This document shows, in pieces, positions 1 to 11,922 of a DNA stretch of 34,891 bases. The translations under genes and the position numbers were made by a program. The stretch is from Octopus bimaculoides (lineage: Eukaryota), in NCBI RefSeq assembly GCF_001194135.2, contig NC_068986.1:79135592-79170482 (forward strand), in the 5' to 3' direction. Position 1 is the first letter of the stretch, and every line of letters begins with the position of its first letter. The notes under the pieces were generated by a model, which saw only the letters and a program-made list of their open reading frames with translations, did no database searches and had not been told where the DNA came from.

Positions 1-169
1 TGTGGCTATTGTACCATGAGCTTGCCTTCCCTATTTTCTTCTTAGTTCTTTATATATATATATGTTGTATAGTATATAATACGTTATATTATATTATAAA
101 TATACACACATAGATACATACACACACACAGACAAGCGTACACACTCACATGAATATACATATTTATTT

Positions 170-340
170 ATATGTATGTCTGTAAGTGTGTATGTCTATC
201 TGTCAGTCTGTCTGTCTGCCTGTATGTATGTATGTATGTATGCATGTATGTATGCATGTACGTATATATGTATGTATGTATGTATGTATCTTTGCATGTA
301 TGTATGATTGTATGTATGTATGTATGTATGTATGTATTAG
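170..340. repeat. (TATG)n / (TG)n compound microsatellite
   Basis: Direct reading: long runs of tatgtatgtatg with tgtc/tgca interruptions; explains ORFs 172..405 and 203..418. Confidence 0.95.
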
Positions 341-484
341 TCGTACAAGGAAAAGTCTATGAGCGAGTTCCCAGTTCCTGCTTGTTCGCCATTCAAAGTG
401 ACTGATAAGCTTTTCCATGTAAAAGCCTAATATTTATATAGTCTACTAATTAGTCGTTTAATGTTAACTGATTTTTATATATAG

Positions 485-665
485 CAAGCAAAGTCTTTAG
501 CAACGCCTGACAGAATGCTTCGCAGAATTTTGTGCGTGCTTCCGTTCTGAGTTCAGAGTCAAACTTCATTCGAGATCGACTCTGCCTCCCATCCATTCGC
601 AGTTTGAGGTGTGGAACAGATATAATGGACTAACCCCACTGTCCGAGAATTTAAGGCATGTGCTT
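485..665 (+). mobile_element. Decayed tRNA-derived SINE (family A)
   Basis: ttagcaacgcctgacagaatgcttcgc...gttctgagttcagagtcaaacttcattcgagatcgactctgcctcccatccattcg aligns by eye with the copies at 18604-18785 (+) and 14110-14312 (-). Confidence 0.55.
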
Positions 666-724
666 ATAATAGAAAAGATATGACTTCACGGAAAACAACG
701 ATTAGTATGTTCTTATTTACATGC

Positions 725-766
<42 letters not shown>

Positions 767-826
767 ATCTATCTATCTATCTATCTACCTACCTACCTAC
801 CTACCTATCTATCTGTCTGTGTGCCT
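725..826. repeat. (CTAT)n/(CTAC)n microsatellite running into N gap 827-1143
   Basis: Direct reading. Confidence 0.95.
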
Positions 827-1143
827 NNNNNNNNNNNNNNNNNNNNNNNNNNNNNNNNNNNNNNNNNNNNNNNNNNNNNNNNNNNNNNNNNNNNNNNNNN
901 NNNNNNNNNNNNNNNNNNNNNNNNNNNNNNNNNNNNNNNNNNNNNNNNNNNNNNNNNNNNNNNNNNNNNNNNNNNNNNNNNNNNNNNNNNNNNNNNNNNN
1001 NNNNNNNNNNNNNNNNNNNNNNNNNNNNNNNNNNNNNNNNNNNNNNNNNNNNNNNNNNNNNNNNNNNNNNNNNNNNNNNNNNNNNNNNNNNNNNNNNNNN
1101 NNNNNNNNNNNNNNNNNNNNNNNNNNNNNNNNNNNNNNNNNNN

Positions 1144-1174
<31 letters not shown>

Positions 1175-2511
1175 TTTGTTGTATGGGTATACATATATAG
1201 TTCTGTATTTCGTTAAATAATTTTGATTCCTTTTACTATATTTGAAGCACATCATTCGGTTGAAAGATTGTTCGTTCCTCTTTTTATAACGTTTTCCATT
1301 CTTATATCTTTATAACTATTTCTAATTAATCCTGTCTCTACGTTAGTACCTGTCGTTGTCCACCACTGCACCTCTATTCTTCGTTCCCCTCAACTTCTCC
1401 GTTGTTCCTCCTTTCTTCTCCTATCTCTGTTTTTATTATGTAAGTTACAGCCGTCTCACTTCCACTTTCTGTTTTTCCCCTATTCTCTGTCATGTGGTCT
1501 GCTGCCTATATTTTCCCTCACCTGGGTAAGTCGCAACAATTTAAGCGCAGCTTCAAAATTTACTTTGTGTTGGTGAGAGAAACTAGACTAGAAAACAAGT
1601 GTGTGGCAGACAGAAGGAAATTGTAGCATGGAGAAAAAAAGATATGTGGTGTTTATTCGTAAGAACAGTAGGGTTAGCAACAAGAAAACTGGGTCGATCG
1701 ATCAGAGTCTGTATGGTTTGTTGATTAGGTCATAATTTGTGTGTTTAGAAGCTGAAGAACTCTTCTAATATTGTAAATGATGCAATAACAGAGCACAATG
1801 CGTTGAATGACTGTTTATTTTGGGATGCAGTTTAAAAGTACGTCTGTATAGCATTTGCAGCATCCAAATATGCCAAAAATTCTCTGTCGTGGCATGCACA
1901 TGTAATCTGTTGAAAGCAGCTGTTAAGATATTGAAGATCGACGACATTAGTCTTTCGCTGTTAAACTGTTTTCTACAGAGGAAATTGAGCTCCGAACTGT
2001 AAGGCAATGAAACATTTAATGATTTTAAAATAATACAGCGGTAAATTATAACACCCTGCAGTATCCAACGTATAACTTGCTTAACTTGAGATGGTAATGG
2101 ACATATTGCAGCGTTGGTGATAAGTAGTCTACCATATTCTCGATTTGTTGTACATTTCTAATTTATGTGGTAAATAATTATGTCCTTCAGCTTAGTTATA
2201 ATGTTCACCATGTAATGTAAACAGGCTCGAATATTCGAACAACCAATAGCAACTCATAGAGAATACTTAATTTTCCATTTTCACTACCGTGTCAAACTAA
2301 TATATATTAACAGTTTAGTAGCATACACGACCAAAGCCTTCATTTGAAAGCGAGTATGATTGGTTGCATCTTGTACTGTACTTTCGTAATTGTTTCTGGT
2401 GACCATATAGCTGCAACCAGATATAGGGAACCACTCAATCTTCTCACGCAGCGGAAAACCGATAGATGAAATTTGGGTAGAGGAGAGGCTGCATGAAAAA
2501 TAGGTAAATCA

Positions 2512-2650
2512 CTCATGTTTTCAGCTGAGTGAACCGAGGCAAGTTGAAATGATTATGAACTTACTCAAGAATACAGCATAAGATCTGATCCGTGAATGAA
2601 ACCTACAGATTTAGTATCGCAAACACACAACTTTAACTGCTGGACTACAT
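2512..2650 (-). mobile_element. CORE-SINE-like relic (tRNA-like head plus CORE domain)
   Basis: Minus strand ttgagtaagttcataatcatttcaacttgcctcggttcactcagctgaaaaacatgag resembles the CORE consensus (ttgggcaagt...gcctcagtttcctcatctgtaaaatggg), preceded by degenerate A-box (tagtccagcagttaa) and B-box (ggtttcattca) motifs. CORE-SINEs are known from octopus. Confidence 0.55.
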
Positions 2651-3184
2651 GACGTTAGTTTAAGTATATATGCAAAATATCATGTTAAGGTTAAGCCAAA
2701 TATAATGTTAGCTAGTCTTCCAGAATTGATATCCGAATATACAAGCTGATTTTTGTTCTTTTTCAATTGTCGAATTGATATGCTTCAAATAATTTTCCAG
2801 ATGTTAACATGGCATAGTTCAAATATTTACTGCTACATTCGGCAACTGTCTAATTGCCTGCCAATCCTAGCTGTTTGGACTGTCGTACTATCATTTGGTA
2901 AAATCTTTATTAAATATAAAAATTGACCCATCCCAATATAGTTTCAATTGCGGTCATTTCCATTGTGAAGTTTGCGTGCAATAAAATTACACGTTTGTCA
3001 ATTCTGTTTGCCATTCCCCAATGACAATAAATTCAAATGTATCTCAACTTCACTCTCCGACCTCTTTCTTTTCACAATATGTTTACAACTCACCTGATAA
3101 AACCTGACGTGACAACTTTTTATTTCAGCCACAGTCAATTTTCTTCGGTCTTTCTTTTGATACGTTTCTTATCTGTTACAACAG

Positions 3185-3566
3185 GAACATCAACAAGGAC
3201 AACAATAACCATAGTAAACACATCACATTTAAAAAGTGGGAGTCAGCCGCTTTCATTGACATAGCACTAAGTCCCGAAGGGAAAGATTTAACTTCAGGAT
3301 GTAAAGGGCCAGAACTAATTTTTCCACACAGTCTCGCAAATCCGCGAGATAGCTGTCTTACTAATATTCCTACTAAAACCACTACTGCTGCTACTGCTGT
3401 TGTTGTCACTGCTGCTTCTGTTGCTGCTGCCGCAGTTGGTGTCAATATTGCGGCTGCTGCCGCTACCACTACCAATACAACTATCATCACCGCCGCCGCC
3501 GCCGCCACCACCGCTACATCCACTACTGCTACTGCTATTACTACTACTGCGACTACTACTACTACA

Positions 3567-3599
<33 letters not shown>
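3185..3599 (+). CDS. Candidate internal exon of an unidentified host gene (3' end in gap)
   Basis: Pyrimidine-rich acceptor ...tttcttatctgttacaacag| at 3184, then a stop-free frame NINKDNNNHSKHITFKKWESAAFIDIALSPEGKDLTSGCKGPELIFPHSLANPRDSCLTNIPTK followed by Thr/Ala/Asn low complexity up to the gap at 3600. No homology recognised, no donor seen. Confidence 0.3.
3380..3599. repeat. Degenerate (ACT/GCT/GCC)n then (AAT)n trinucleotide repeats
   Basis: Direct reading. Confidence 0.9.
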
Positions 3600-3859
3600 N
3601 NNNNNNNNNNNNNNNNNNNNNNNNNNNNNNNNNNNNNNNNNNNNNNNNNNNNNNNNNNNNNNNNNNNNNNNNNNNNNNNNNNNNNNNNNNNNNNNNNNNT
3701 CTCTCTCTCTCTCTCCCTCTCTCTCTTGCCTTCATTCTTTCCCCTTCTGTTTCTCTCACCCTTTCAGTACTATTCTAGCCTTTCGACTTACTCTTTTTCT
3801 TTCTCTCCCTCTTGTATTCCTAGCATTTCTCCTTTCCCTTCATCCCCATCCCTTTTATT

Positions 3860-4275
3860 TATCTGTCGCTCTCTTTCGCTGCTGTCACGTGACCAGCGAC
3901 CAGTTGCTCTTATTCTTCCTTTTTTAGACTGGTCCCTAAGCTGACCAATCGCAAATTCTCTTTCTCTCTGTCCTCCATCCTTCAAGACATTTTCTAAGTG
4001 TTACCCACTACTCTCGTCTTTTTGCCCCCGAGGCCGTATTTTGTTTGACTGTTCGTCCTCATCCTAAATTACACTTTGTGTCATTTTATTTGTTTTGTTT
4101 ACTCTTGTCCCTAATTCTGCGCATTTTTGTTTTGCAGGCACAGCCAATTGAGAAGCAATCAGTCTTATCGTTAAAGGTGCGAAACTGAACAGTACCAGTT
4201 GGTCGATAACTGATGAAGAATTGCGGACCTTCTCTGTGTTTCCCGTTCGTTTTCACATTCAGTATACGTTACGTT
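3860..4275 (+). mobile_element. Dispersed repeat (family P), possibly a Penelope-like element terminal region
   Basis: 4125-4220 (tttttgttttgcagg...gttaaaggtgcgaaac...aactgatgaag) aligns by eye with the reverse complement of 23640-23745 and partly with 9500-9560. The 5' boundary and the Penelope assignment are inference. Confidence 0.45.
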
Positions 4276-5440
4276 GTTTGTTTATATATATNNNNNNNNN
4301 NNNNNNNNNNNNNNNNNNNNNNNNNNNNNNNNNNNNNNNNNNNNNNNNNNNNNNNNNNNNNNNNNNNNNNNNNNNNNNNNNNNNNNNNNNNNNNNNNNNN
4401 NNNNNNNNNNNNNNNNNNNNNNNNNNNNNNNNNNNNNNNNNNNNNNNNNNNNNNNNNNNNNNNNNNNNNNNNNNNNNNNNNNNNNNNNNNNNNNNNNNNN
4501 NNNNNNNNNNNNNNNNNNNNNNNTATATATACATATGCATACATACATATATAATTATACACACACACTGTATATAGAATGATAAAGAAAAAGATTGGTT
4601 TCTTCTATGTGGAGTCTTGTGTCTATAGACGTAAACTTAATAGAGCTTCGCTAATGTTTGGAAAGAAAGAGCTATAGAAAAATATTGGTGAGTCGAGAAG
4701 AAAATGTTGAAATAGATATAATAGGAGATGTTAGCTTAGTGCTATTGTATTTCTTGAGCTAGAAAAATGGCAGAATATGCAAAACTTTTTTCCTACCACC
4801 CGTGTCTTTTACCAATGTACAAATTTCTTCCATCGTTATTGCATAATTTTAGTTGCTGATTATGGGGTTCTTTGTTGTAGTCTGTGCTGCTGTTGTTCTT
4901 TAGCTCTGACTGAGTAAATTTGTTATGAAATGACTTTCCTACGTTGACCATCTGGCTTTTAGGAGCACCCAGCACAACATTGAAAATGGATCTATCTTTT
5001 TTTTTAACTTTAAGTCGGGATTTAACGGAAATTCGTTGTTATTTTTAACAAGACGACCGGCCATATACTGGACCCATACATGCAGGCGCGTTATTACTTT
5101 TGACACCAGGAAAAAATTGTCTACTCTACGTAATCTCTATCGACATATTTTTCTCGTCTTATTATTTGACCGGTATACATAAGTGATTAAGCATTGAGCG
5201 TAATGAGAGAAAATTGCCGCATATTTTGATGAACTACATCAATAAACATTATGATGGATCTCCGAGACCCCAGAAACAGGTGTTGTAGTTGTAACACCTA
5301 ACCTCCTCCCGCTTAATTTTCTTTGCCGTTTGTACTCTGTGGAAGTTTCACCCATTTATCTATAAGAATCTTTATTTTTATACTTAAATTTTCATCATCT
5401 GAAAATCTTCAGTCTTTGCTTTCTTTCTGTACACAATTAA

Positions 5441-5526
5441 GCACATACACACGCACGCACACGCACACGCACGCACGCACACGCACACGCACACGCACGC
5501 GAACGCACGCACGCACGCACATACAC

Positions 5527-5557
<31 letters not shown>
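5441..5557. repeat. (CA)n/(CACG)n microsatellite running into N gap 5558-6038
   Basis: Direct reading. Confidence 0.95.
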
Positions 5558-6839
5558 NNNNNNNNNNNNNNNNNNNNNNNNNNNNNNNNNNNNNNNNNNN
5601 NNNNNNNNNNNNNNNNNNNNNNNNNNNNNNNNNNNNNNNNNNNNNNNNNNNNNNNNNNNNNNNNNNNNNNNNNNNNNNNNNNNNNNNNNNNNNNNNNNNN
5701 NNNNNNNNNNNNNNNNNNNNNNNNNNNNNNNNNNNNNNNNNNNNNNNNNNNNNNNNNNNNNNNNNNNNNNNNNNNNNNNNNNNNNNNNNNNNNNNNNNNN
5801 NNNNNNNNNNNNNNNNNNNNNNNNNNNNNNNNNNNNNNNNNNNNNNNNNNNNNNNNNNNNNNNNNNNNNNNNNNNNNNNNNNNNNNNNNNNNNNNNNNNN
5901 NNNNNNNNNNNNNNNNNNNNNNNNNNNNNNNNNNNNNNNNNNNNNNNNNNNNNNNNNNNNNNNNNNNNNNNNNNNNNNNNNNNNNNNNNNNNNNNNNNNN
6001 NNNNNNNNNNNNNNNNNNNNNNNNNNNNNNNNNNNNNNTATATACACATATATACACATATATATGCATGTATATGTGTGTATATCCTTGTGTTTGTGTC
6101 TCTCTTCCTCCCGCTTGCTTTCTTATGTCCACATAATCTAGCAGTTCGACATTAAAGAAATTGATATAATAAGTATCAAACTTTAAAAATATGTACTGGT
6201 TTCGATTTGTTTGACTAAACCCTTCATAGTTGCACCTCAGCAGGACCGCGGTCCAAACGGTTATAGCTCAGATAAAACATACATGATGTGATTTGGTTAG
6301 TTGTGAAGTTAGTATCATGAGAAAAGATACTTCTGATGTATAAACACTAAAGTGATTTTTTACATACGAGATTTATCCTTCAATACTATCAATACCTAGG
6401 CCTGCGGCGTTGGTTTTACTGTTACATTTAGTTCTTATATAAAATTTTGGCCGCCATTAATATTCGTTGCTCTTTGAAACTTCATACATCTTTCGTACCA
6501 CCTGCTATTTATTGAGTCAGTTTCAAAAGACCAGTTTTATGTACGTGTTTTGTACATACATACTTATTTACATACATAAATACATAAAAACACCAGCACA
6601 GACGCACGTACATGTTGCGTTTTTATGCATGTATGTATGTATGTATGTATGTATGTATGTATATATGGCTCTGTGTAAGTATTTAGGGTTAATGTTGTTC
6701 TGTCGGCCTAAACAGCGCCGTGGCGCCATTTGAAAGCTACAACACGAGGAAGCACATTGTGACCAGCGGTGTTCAACAGTAACAGATAGTCTGGTTGATA
6801 CGTTACTGTATGTGTGAGTGCATATGTGTGTGTATATAT

Positions 6840-6843
6840 ATAT

Positions 6844-6902
<59 letters not shown>

Positions 6903-7030
6903 TATATATATACATATACATATATATATATATATATATATCTATATATATATATACATATATANNNNNNNNNNNNNNNNNNNNNNNNNNNNNNNNNNNN
7001 NNNNNNNNATATATATATATATATATATAT
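6840..7030. repeat. (GA)n and (TA)n microsatellites around N gap 6965-7008
   Basis: Direct reading. Confidence 0.95.
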
Positions 7031-9129
7031 CTATAAAATATAGATATATAGGGCAGGGAATCGTCAATTAGTAATAAAATTAATAATCAACAATTAATAA
7101 TTAACAAATGATATAATTGTTTACATAAAACTGTTAGAGATAATTATTGTTTATCATACTATTGAAAAATAATGCTATCGGTTAGTGCTTGTACTCTCCA
7201 ATTGAACGTAAAACATTCATCTCTTCTTTGTCAACAAGGTGTAGGATATCGAGCTCTGGAGTAAATAAGATAGATTATTGTAGCTGCTAAATGTGGTTGG
7301 TTTCCCTTTGAACTTTCCTAAGTTGACATTCTACGATTAATTCATAGTCAAAGGAGGATCATGTACGACTGATGTTTTTATGGCTTGGTCATTTTCTAAG
7401 TAACGAACATACTAATTCTTGTTTGGTTCGGAGTATTATCTGTACATTCATAACCATGTTTGCTCTATAACACATGAAAGATAATTAGAGTGATCAAGGT
7501 CAAACTTCGGATACGCGAGCGCTGAAGGCAGTGTGGCCATCATAAAGAAAGTTTTGGTGAAAGTGCCAAAAATGTTTGACTTCCCCTAGTAGCGATATGA
7601 ATGTGAAAATGCTTTCAGCGCTAACAAAATTATTATTGGCAAACCTTACTTAACTGTACTTTACATTCTCTCTTACATTTAAGCATCTTAAGCGAATAAG
7701 TTGCTATTTCGTGTTTAGTTTCCTAGGTAGGATTTGTTTTCGTGTTAGCATGTGGATTATATTCGTGTTCTTGTTACAAGTATCTGTATTTCTTTTTTCT
7801 TTATTTTTCTTTTTTGTCAAAACATACCATTTCTCAGCAACGCTTTTTAACATTATTCTACTCCGTTTAGGTAGAGAATACTCTGGTCGGTGACTGATTT
7901 GTAATGTTCAAAAGTTGACATATCGTCCTGTAGATATAAAATTCATTCACTTATCTTAAAGGTGTAATTTATGAACCTGAAGATTATTGACTACACACAT
8001 ATATATATATATACATGTATATATGTATATTCATATATACATATATGTATGTATATTTTTCACTGAAATTTTCACGTGGACTATGTTTTTTGCACGAACA
8101 CAGATGTAAATCGAGTAGTATTCTGTAGTCAAGAGAGAAAGTGAATGAGATGCACTTAAGACAGGTTATATGTTGCATACACAAATTGGTGGAAGAAATA
8201 TGGGAAACATTATCTTCTGGCATGTTTGCGTGCAAGTGAAAAGCAAAAAGTGATGAAACAGCTAAATAAAAATCGGAAATTAATATAAAAAATATTTAAT
8301 AATCAACTTAATTTAATTTGCGTTACAAAAATGATATAAGTTTTATAACTGAGATTTATAATGTGAATTTTACTTTTGTGCCAAGCAATATGTGTGTCTG
8401 TATAGATAATTAAATATTAATATATACATATATGTGTGTGTTTGTGTGTGCGAACGTGAGAGAGAGAGAAATAAGAGAGAGGAAGAGTGTGTGTGTGTGT
8501 GATACGAGTATATGCATGAAATATATCTACTAAGCGCCATCTATCGCTACACTGCCGGGTAACGACCTAGTCAAGATGAACCTTCAGCAGAAGCCTACAC
8601 TATTGATCACATTGATATGCTCAGCAACAACCCGCTCTTTTTTCTTGAAACAAATTTCATTTCCATCTGTCACATACACACACACAAACACACACACACA
8701 CACACCCTCTCTCTCTCTCTCTCTCTTTCTTTATCTTTCACTGTATTTTTCTCTTTCTCATAGACACACGGGTGCACATACACACTCACTCTCTTTCTTT
8801 CTAACTCTCTCTCTCCCTCTCAACAACAACATCCTGCCATTATTATCGTCAAATTTTCCGCTTGTTCTAGTTAAATTTTCCGTTTGTTATGTCTGTATGA
8901 AATCCTTTAAATGTTATTTATGTAACGCAACACACTCCTTATATTTTTCCCTGATGTAAAAATATTCTTGGAATATTTTGTGTGCGATTTTCAAATTTGA
9001 CACTTTTCTTTTCTTTGCCTCTCTTTTTTTCTTTCATCTGTTTTCACCCTCTATCTCTATCTCTGTTTTCTCTCTTCCCATCCCGATTACTCTCCTCTGT
9101 TTCTTCTGTCCCTCTGCCCTCCACGATTC

Positions 9130-9580
9130 TTTCATTCTCCTCCCACTACCACGGTGACCCGTAACCATCTAAGCCTGTGACGCTCTTGTTCGCTTTACTG
9201 ACATCTAGGTCGGTGGTGGTTTTTTTGTGCTCTTTCAAATTCTTCCTCCACGGTTTTTATACACTCATCCTTCCTTCTGTCATTCTCTTGTCTCCAGTCC
9301 TTTAGAACATTTTCATTTTCTTTTGGGTTACCCGTATTCGTCTCGCTGATAGCTATACGGCTTTTTTTATTATTGCTGTTGTATATGTATAATTATTTTA
9401 GTTATTTTAGTTTGTCTTGCTTGTTTTCGTCATTGTCCTGTCCATTCGTTAGCTATTCCAAATGGTTCTTTACTACTGGCGCATCCAACAAGGAATGGTC
9501 TCAACGATAACAGCGCGAAACTGTTATGATCTTTTGGACGTTGGGTGATGAAGAATTAGCTACTAATTTTCCATGTGTTA
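9130..9580 (+). mobile_element. Dispersed repeat (family P), more diverged copy
   Basis: cagcgcgaaactg...gtgatgaagaattagc at 9511-9560 matches ggtgcgaaactg...ctgatgaagaattgc at 4176-4225, with similar pyrimidine-rich upstream sequence. Confidence 0.35.
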
Positions 9581-9679
9581 TGCTTCTGTTAAATTATCCG
9601 TTTGTCATGTCTTCATGAAATCCTTGAGGCATATATCTATCTATATGTGCATGTATGCGTCTGTGTGTGTATATATATG

Positions 9680-9685
9680 TACAAA

Positions 9686-9741
<56 letters not shown>

Positions 9742-9959
9742 AAAATATGCATATATATATATATATATATATGTTTTTTTTTACTCCGTAGGTTATTACA
9801 AGTTTTTATTCTCTCTTTTTATTTCCCCGTGTGCCTTTCTGTTAAAGAGCGTAGGCTCGAAGCGTAAAATATTTTCTCTCCTCCCCTAGTGTCAAACTAA
9901 TACACCTGCTTGTTGTTTATACACTTGTCTTCGTCTTCAGTTTATCTGTAAATTTCAAC

Positions 9960-10038
<79 letters not shown>

Positions 10039-10105
10039 AAAAGAGAGTAAATGTGTGAGTGAGTGAGTGAGTGAGTGAGTGAGTGAGTGAGTGAGTGAGT
10101 GAGTG
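9680..10105. repeat. Microsatellite cluster (TA)n, (CA)n, (GA)n, (GAGT)n with a short unique spacer
   Basis: Direct reading. Confidence 0.9.
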
Positions 10106-10700
10106 TGTGTTTGAAAGATTCTTCAAGACAAGAGACCAAGAAATGTTGGCCCTGTGGAGAACCTTTGTTTTCAGCTGCTTCGACTGCTGCTCCCAATTAT
10201 TGTTACTACATAGTGCCAAACTAACAGCGGAGCTTGAAGCAGTTCAACGCCACTACACTAAAAAATGGAAAACGTGCAGCGAGTGAGCTACAGGGATATG
10301 CTGAGAAAATTGTAACTTTACTCTCTGCATCTAAAGCGTGAGAGATATGCAATAATCTACAAATGGAAAATTCTAGGAGGGCTCGGCATTGTGTGGTATA
10401 CAAATGCCAGAATTGGCCGCCATTGTATTGTATCAAAAGTACTATCCACTCCATCTAAATTCAGAACCAGGTACTGCAATTGTCTAGGGTTCAAAGGCCC
10501 ACAGTTCTTCAGTGCCCTGCCACAAAAACTAAGAAATCTACATAAGGAGGAAGTAGATGTCTTCAAAACAAAACCAGACACACACAATACCAGATGAACC
10601 AACAGCCCGATGAGGTCCAGACATGGGCAAAAGAATCAAACTCCCTTATACACCAAATGGGCCAACAGCTGTGACAAACACACATACAGAGGTGGTGAAG
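10105..10700 (+). mobile_element. CR1/L2-group LINE, ORF2 C-terminal remnant (stops and frameshifts)
   Basis: Pieces FKTRDQEMLALWRTFVFSCFDCCSQL, ELEAVQRHYTKK, LYSL..KRERYAIIYKWKILGGL, RTRYCNCLGFKGPQFFSALPQKLRNL..VDVFKTK and PDEP match the post-RT region typical of CR1/L2-like ORF2 (LDYCSQLW..LEAVQR..LYSLQRRRERY..KGPQLFN.LP). Confidence 0.85.
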
Positions 10701-10770
10701 TGAAACACCCTAGACTGAAGGAATCACAAATACCATACACACAGACACACACACATATATACATATATAT

Positions 10771-10808
<38 letters not shown>

Positions 10809-10972
10809 TTTAAAATATAGAGATGCCTATAATAGGACATCTACCCGCTAGAAAGAGTAGCAAGAAACTCTATACCACAAAAATAGGGATAATTTCGAAA
10901 GAGAATGAAAAATAAAAACATTTTTACCAGTCTATACTCTGTACCATGGTTTCAAGCTATTTAGCTAGATAA

Positions 10973-11819
10973 NNNNNNNNNNNNNNNNNNNNNNNNNNNN
11001 NNNNNNNNNNNNNNNNNNNNNNNNNNNNNNNNNNNNNNNNNNNNNNNNNNNNNNNNNNNNNNNNNNNNNNNNNNNNNNNNNNNNNNNNNNNNNNNNNNNN
11101 NNNNNNNNNNNNNNNNNNNNNNNNNNNNNNNNNNNNNNNNNNNNNNNNNNNNNNNNNNNNNNNNNNNNNNNNNNNNNNNNNNNNNNNNNNNNNNNNNNNN
11201 NNNNNNNNNNNNNNNNNNNNNNNNNNNNNNNNNNNNNNNNNNNNNNNNNNNNNNNNNNNNNNNNNNNNNNNNNNNNNNNNNNNNNNNNNNNNNNNNNNNN
11301 NNNNNNNNNNNNNNNNNNNNNNNNNNNNNNNNNNNNNNNNNNNNNNNNNNNNNNNNNNNNNNNNNNNNNNNNNNNNNNNNNNNNNNNNNNNNNNNNNNNN
11401 NNNNNNNNNNNNNNNNNNNNNNNNNNNNNNNNNNNNNNNNNNNNNNNNNNNNNNNNNNNNNNNNNNNNNNNNNNNNNNNNNNNNNNNNNNNNNNNNNNNN
11501 NNNNNNNNNNNNNNNNNNNNNNNNNNNNNNNNNNNNNNNNNNNNNNNNNNNNNNNNNNNNNNNNNNNNNNNNNNNNNNNNNNNNNNNNNNNNNNNNNNNN
11601 NNNNNNNNNNNNNNNNNNNNNNNNNNNNNNNNNNNNNNNNNNNNNNNNNNNNNNNNNNNNNNNNNNNNNNNNNNNNNNNNNNNNNNNNNNNNNNNNNNNN
11701 NNNNNNNNNNNNNNNNNNNNNNNNNNNNNNNNNNNNNNNNNNNNNNNNNNNNNNNNNNNNNNNNNNNNNNNNNNNNNNNNNNNNNNNNNNNNNNNNNNNN
11801 NNNNNNNNNNNNNNNNNNN
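10973..11819. other. Largest assembly gap (847 N)
   Basis: Other gaps: 827-1143, 3600-3699, 4292-4523, 5558-6038, 6965-7008, 12497-12544, 14476-14594, 22540-22571, 23234-23513, 28101-28116. Almost all abut microsatellites; this one is flanked by non-microsatellite sequence on both sides. Confidence 1.
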
Positions 11820-11922
11820 ATTTGGAAGAAGAAATGGAGGAAAAATAACAGGAAGAAGTTAGTCGTTTGCGCTAGTAAGCTATTTGATTTGATTCATTAA
11901 TAAAAAACAGCGGTAGTAATAG

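Noticed and set aside
4138-4176. 39-nt in-frame mini-exon AQPIEKQSVLSLK with good acceptor and GT donor
   Set aside because: It lies within dispersed repeat family P (aligns to the reverse complement of ~23680-23735), so the splice-like signals are probably repeat-derived.
4793-4975. Minus-strand 60-aa ORF (LGAPKSQMV...)
   Set aside because: No credible acceptor and no recognisable homology.
8534-8546. GCGCCATCTATCG, resembling a CTCF-type motif
   Set aside because: A single short partial match that cannot be distinguished from chance without ChIP or conservation data.
9838-9870. ctgttaaa-GAGC-gtag-GCTC-gaagcgta, hammerhead-like stem II context
   Set aside because: Both core boxes are mutated; at most a fossil.
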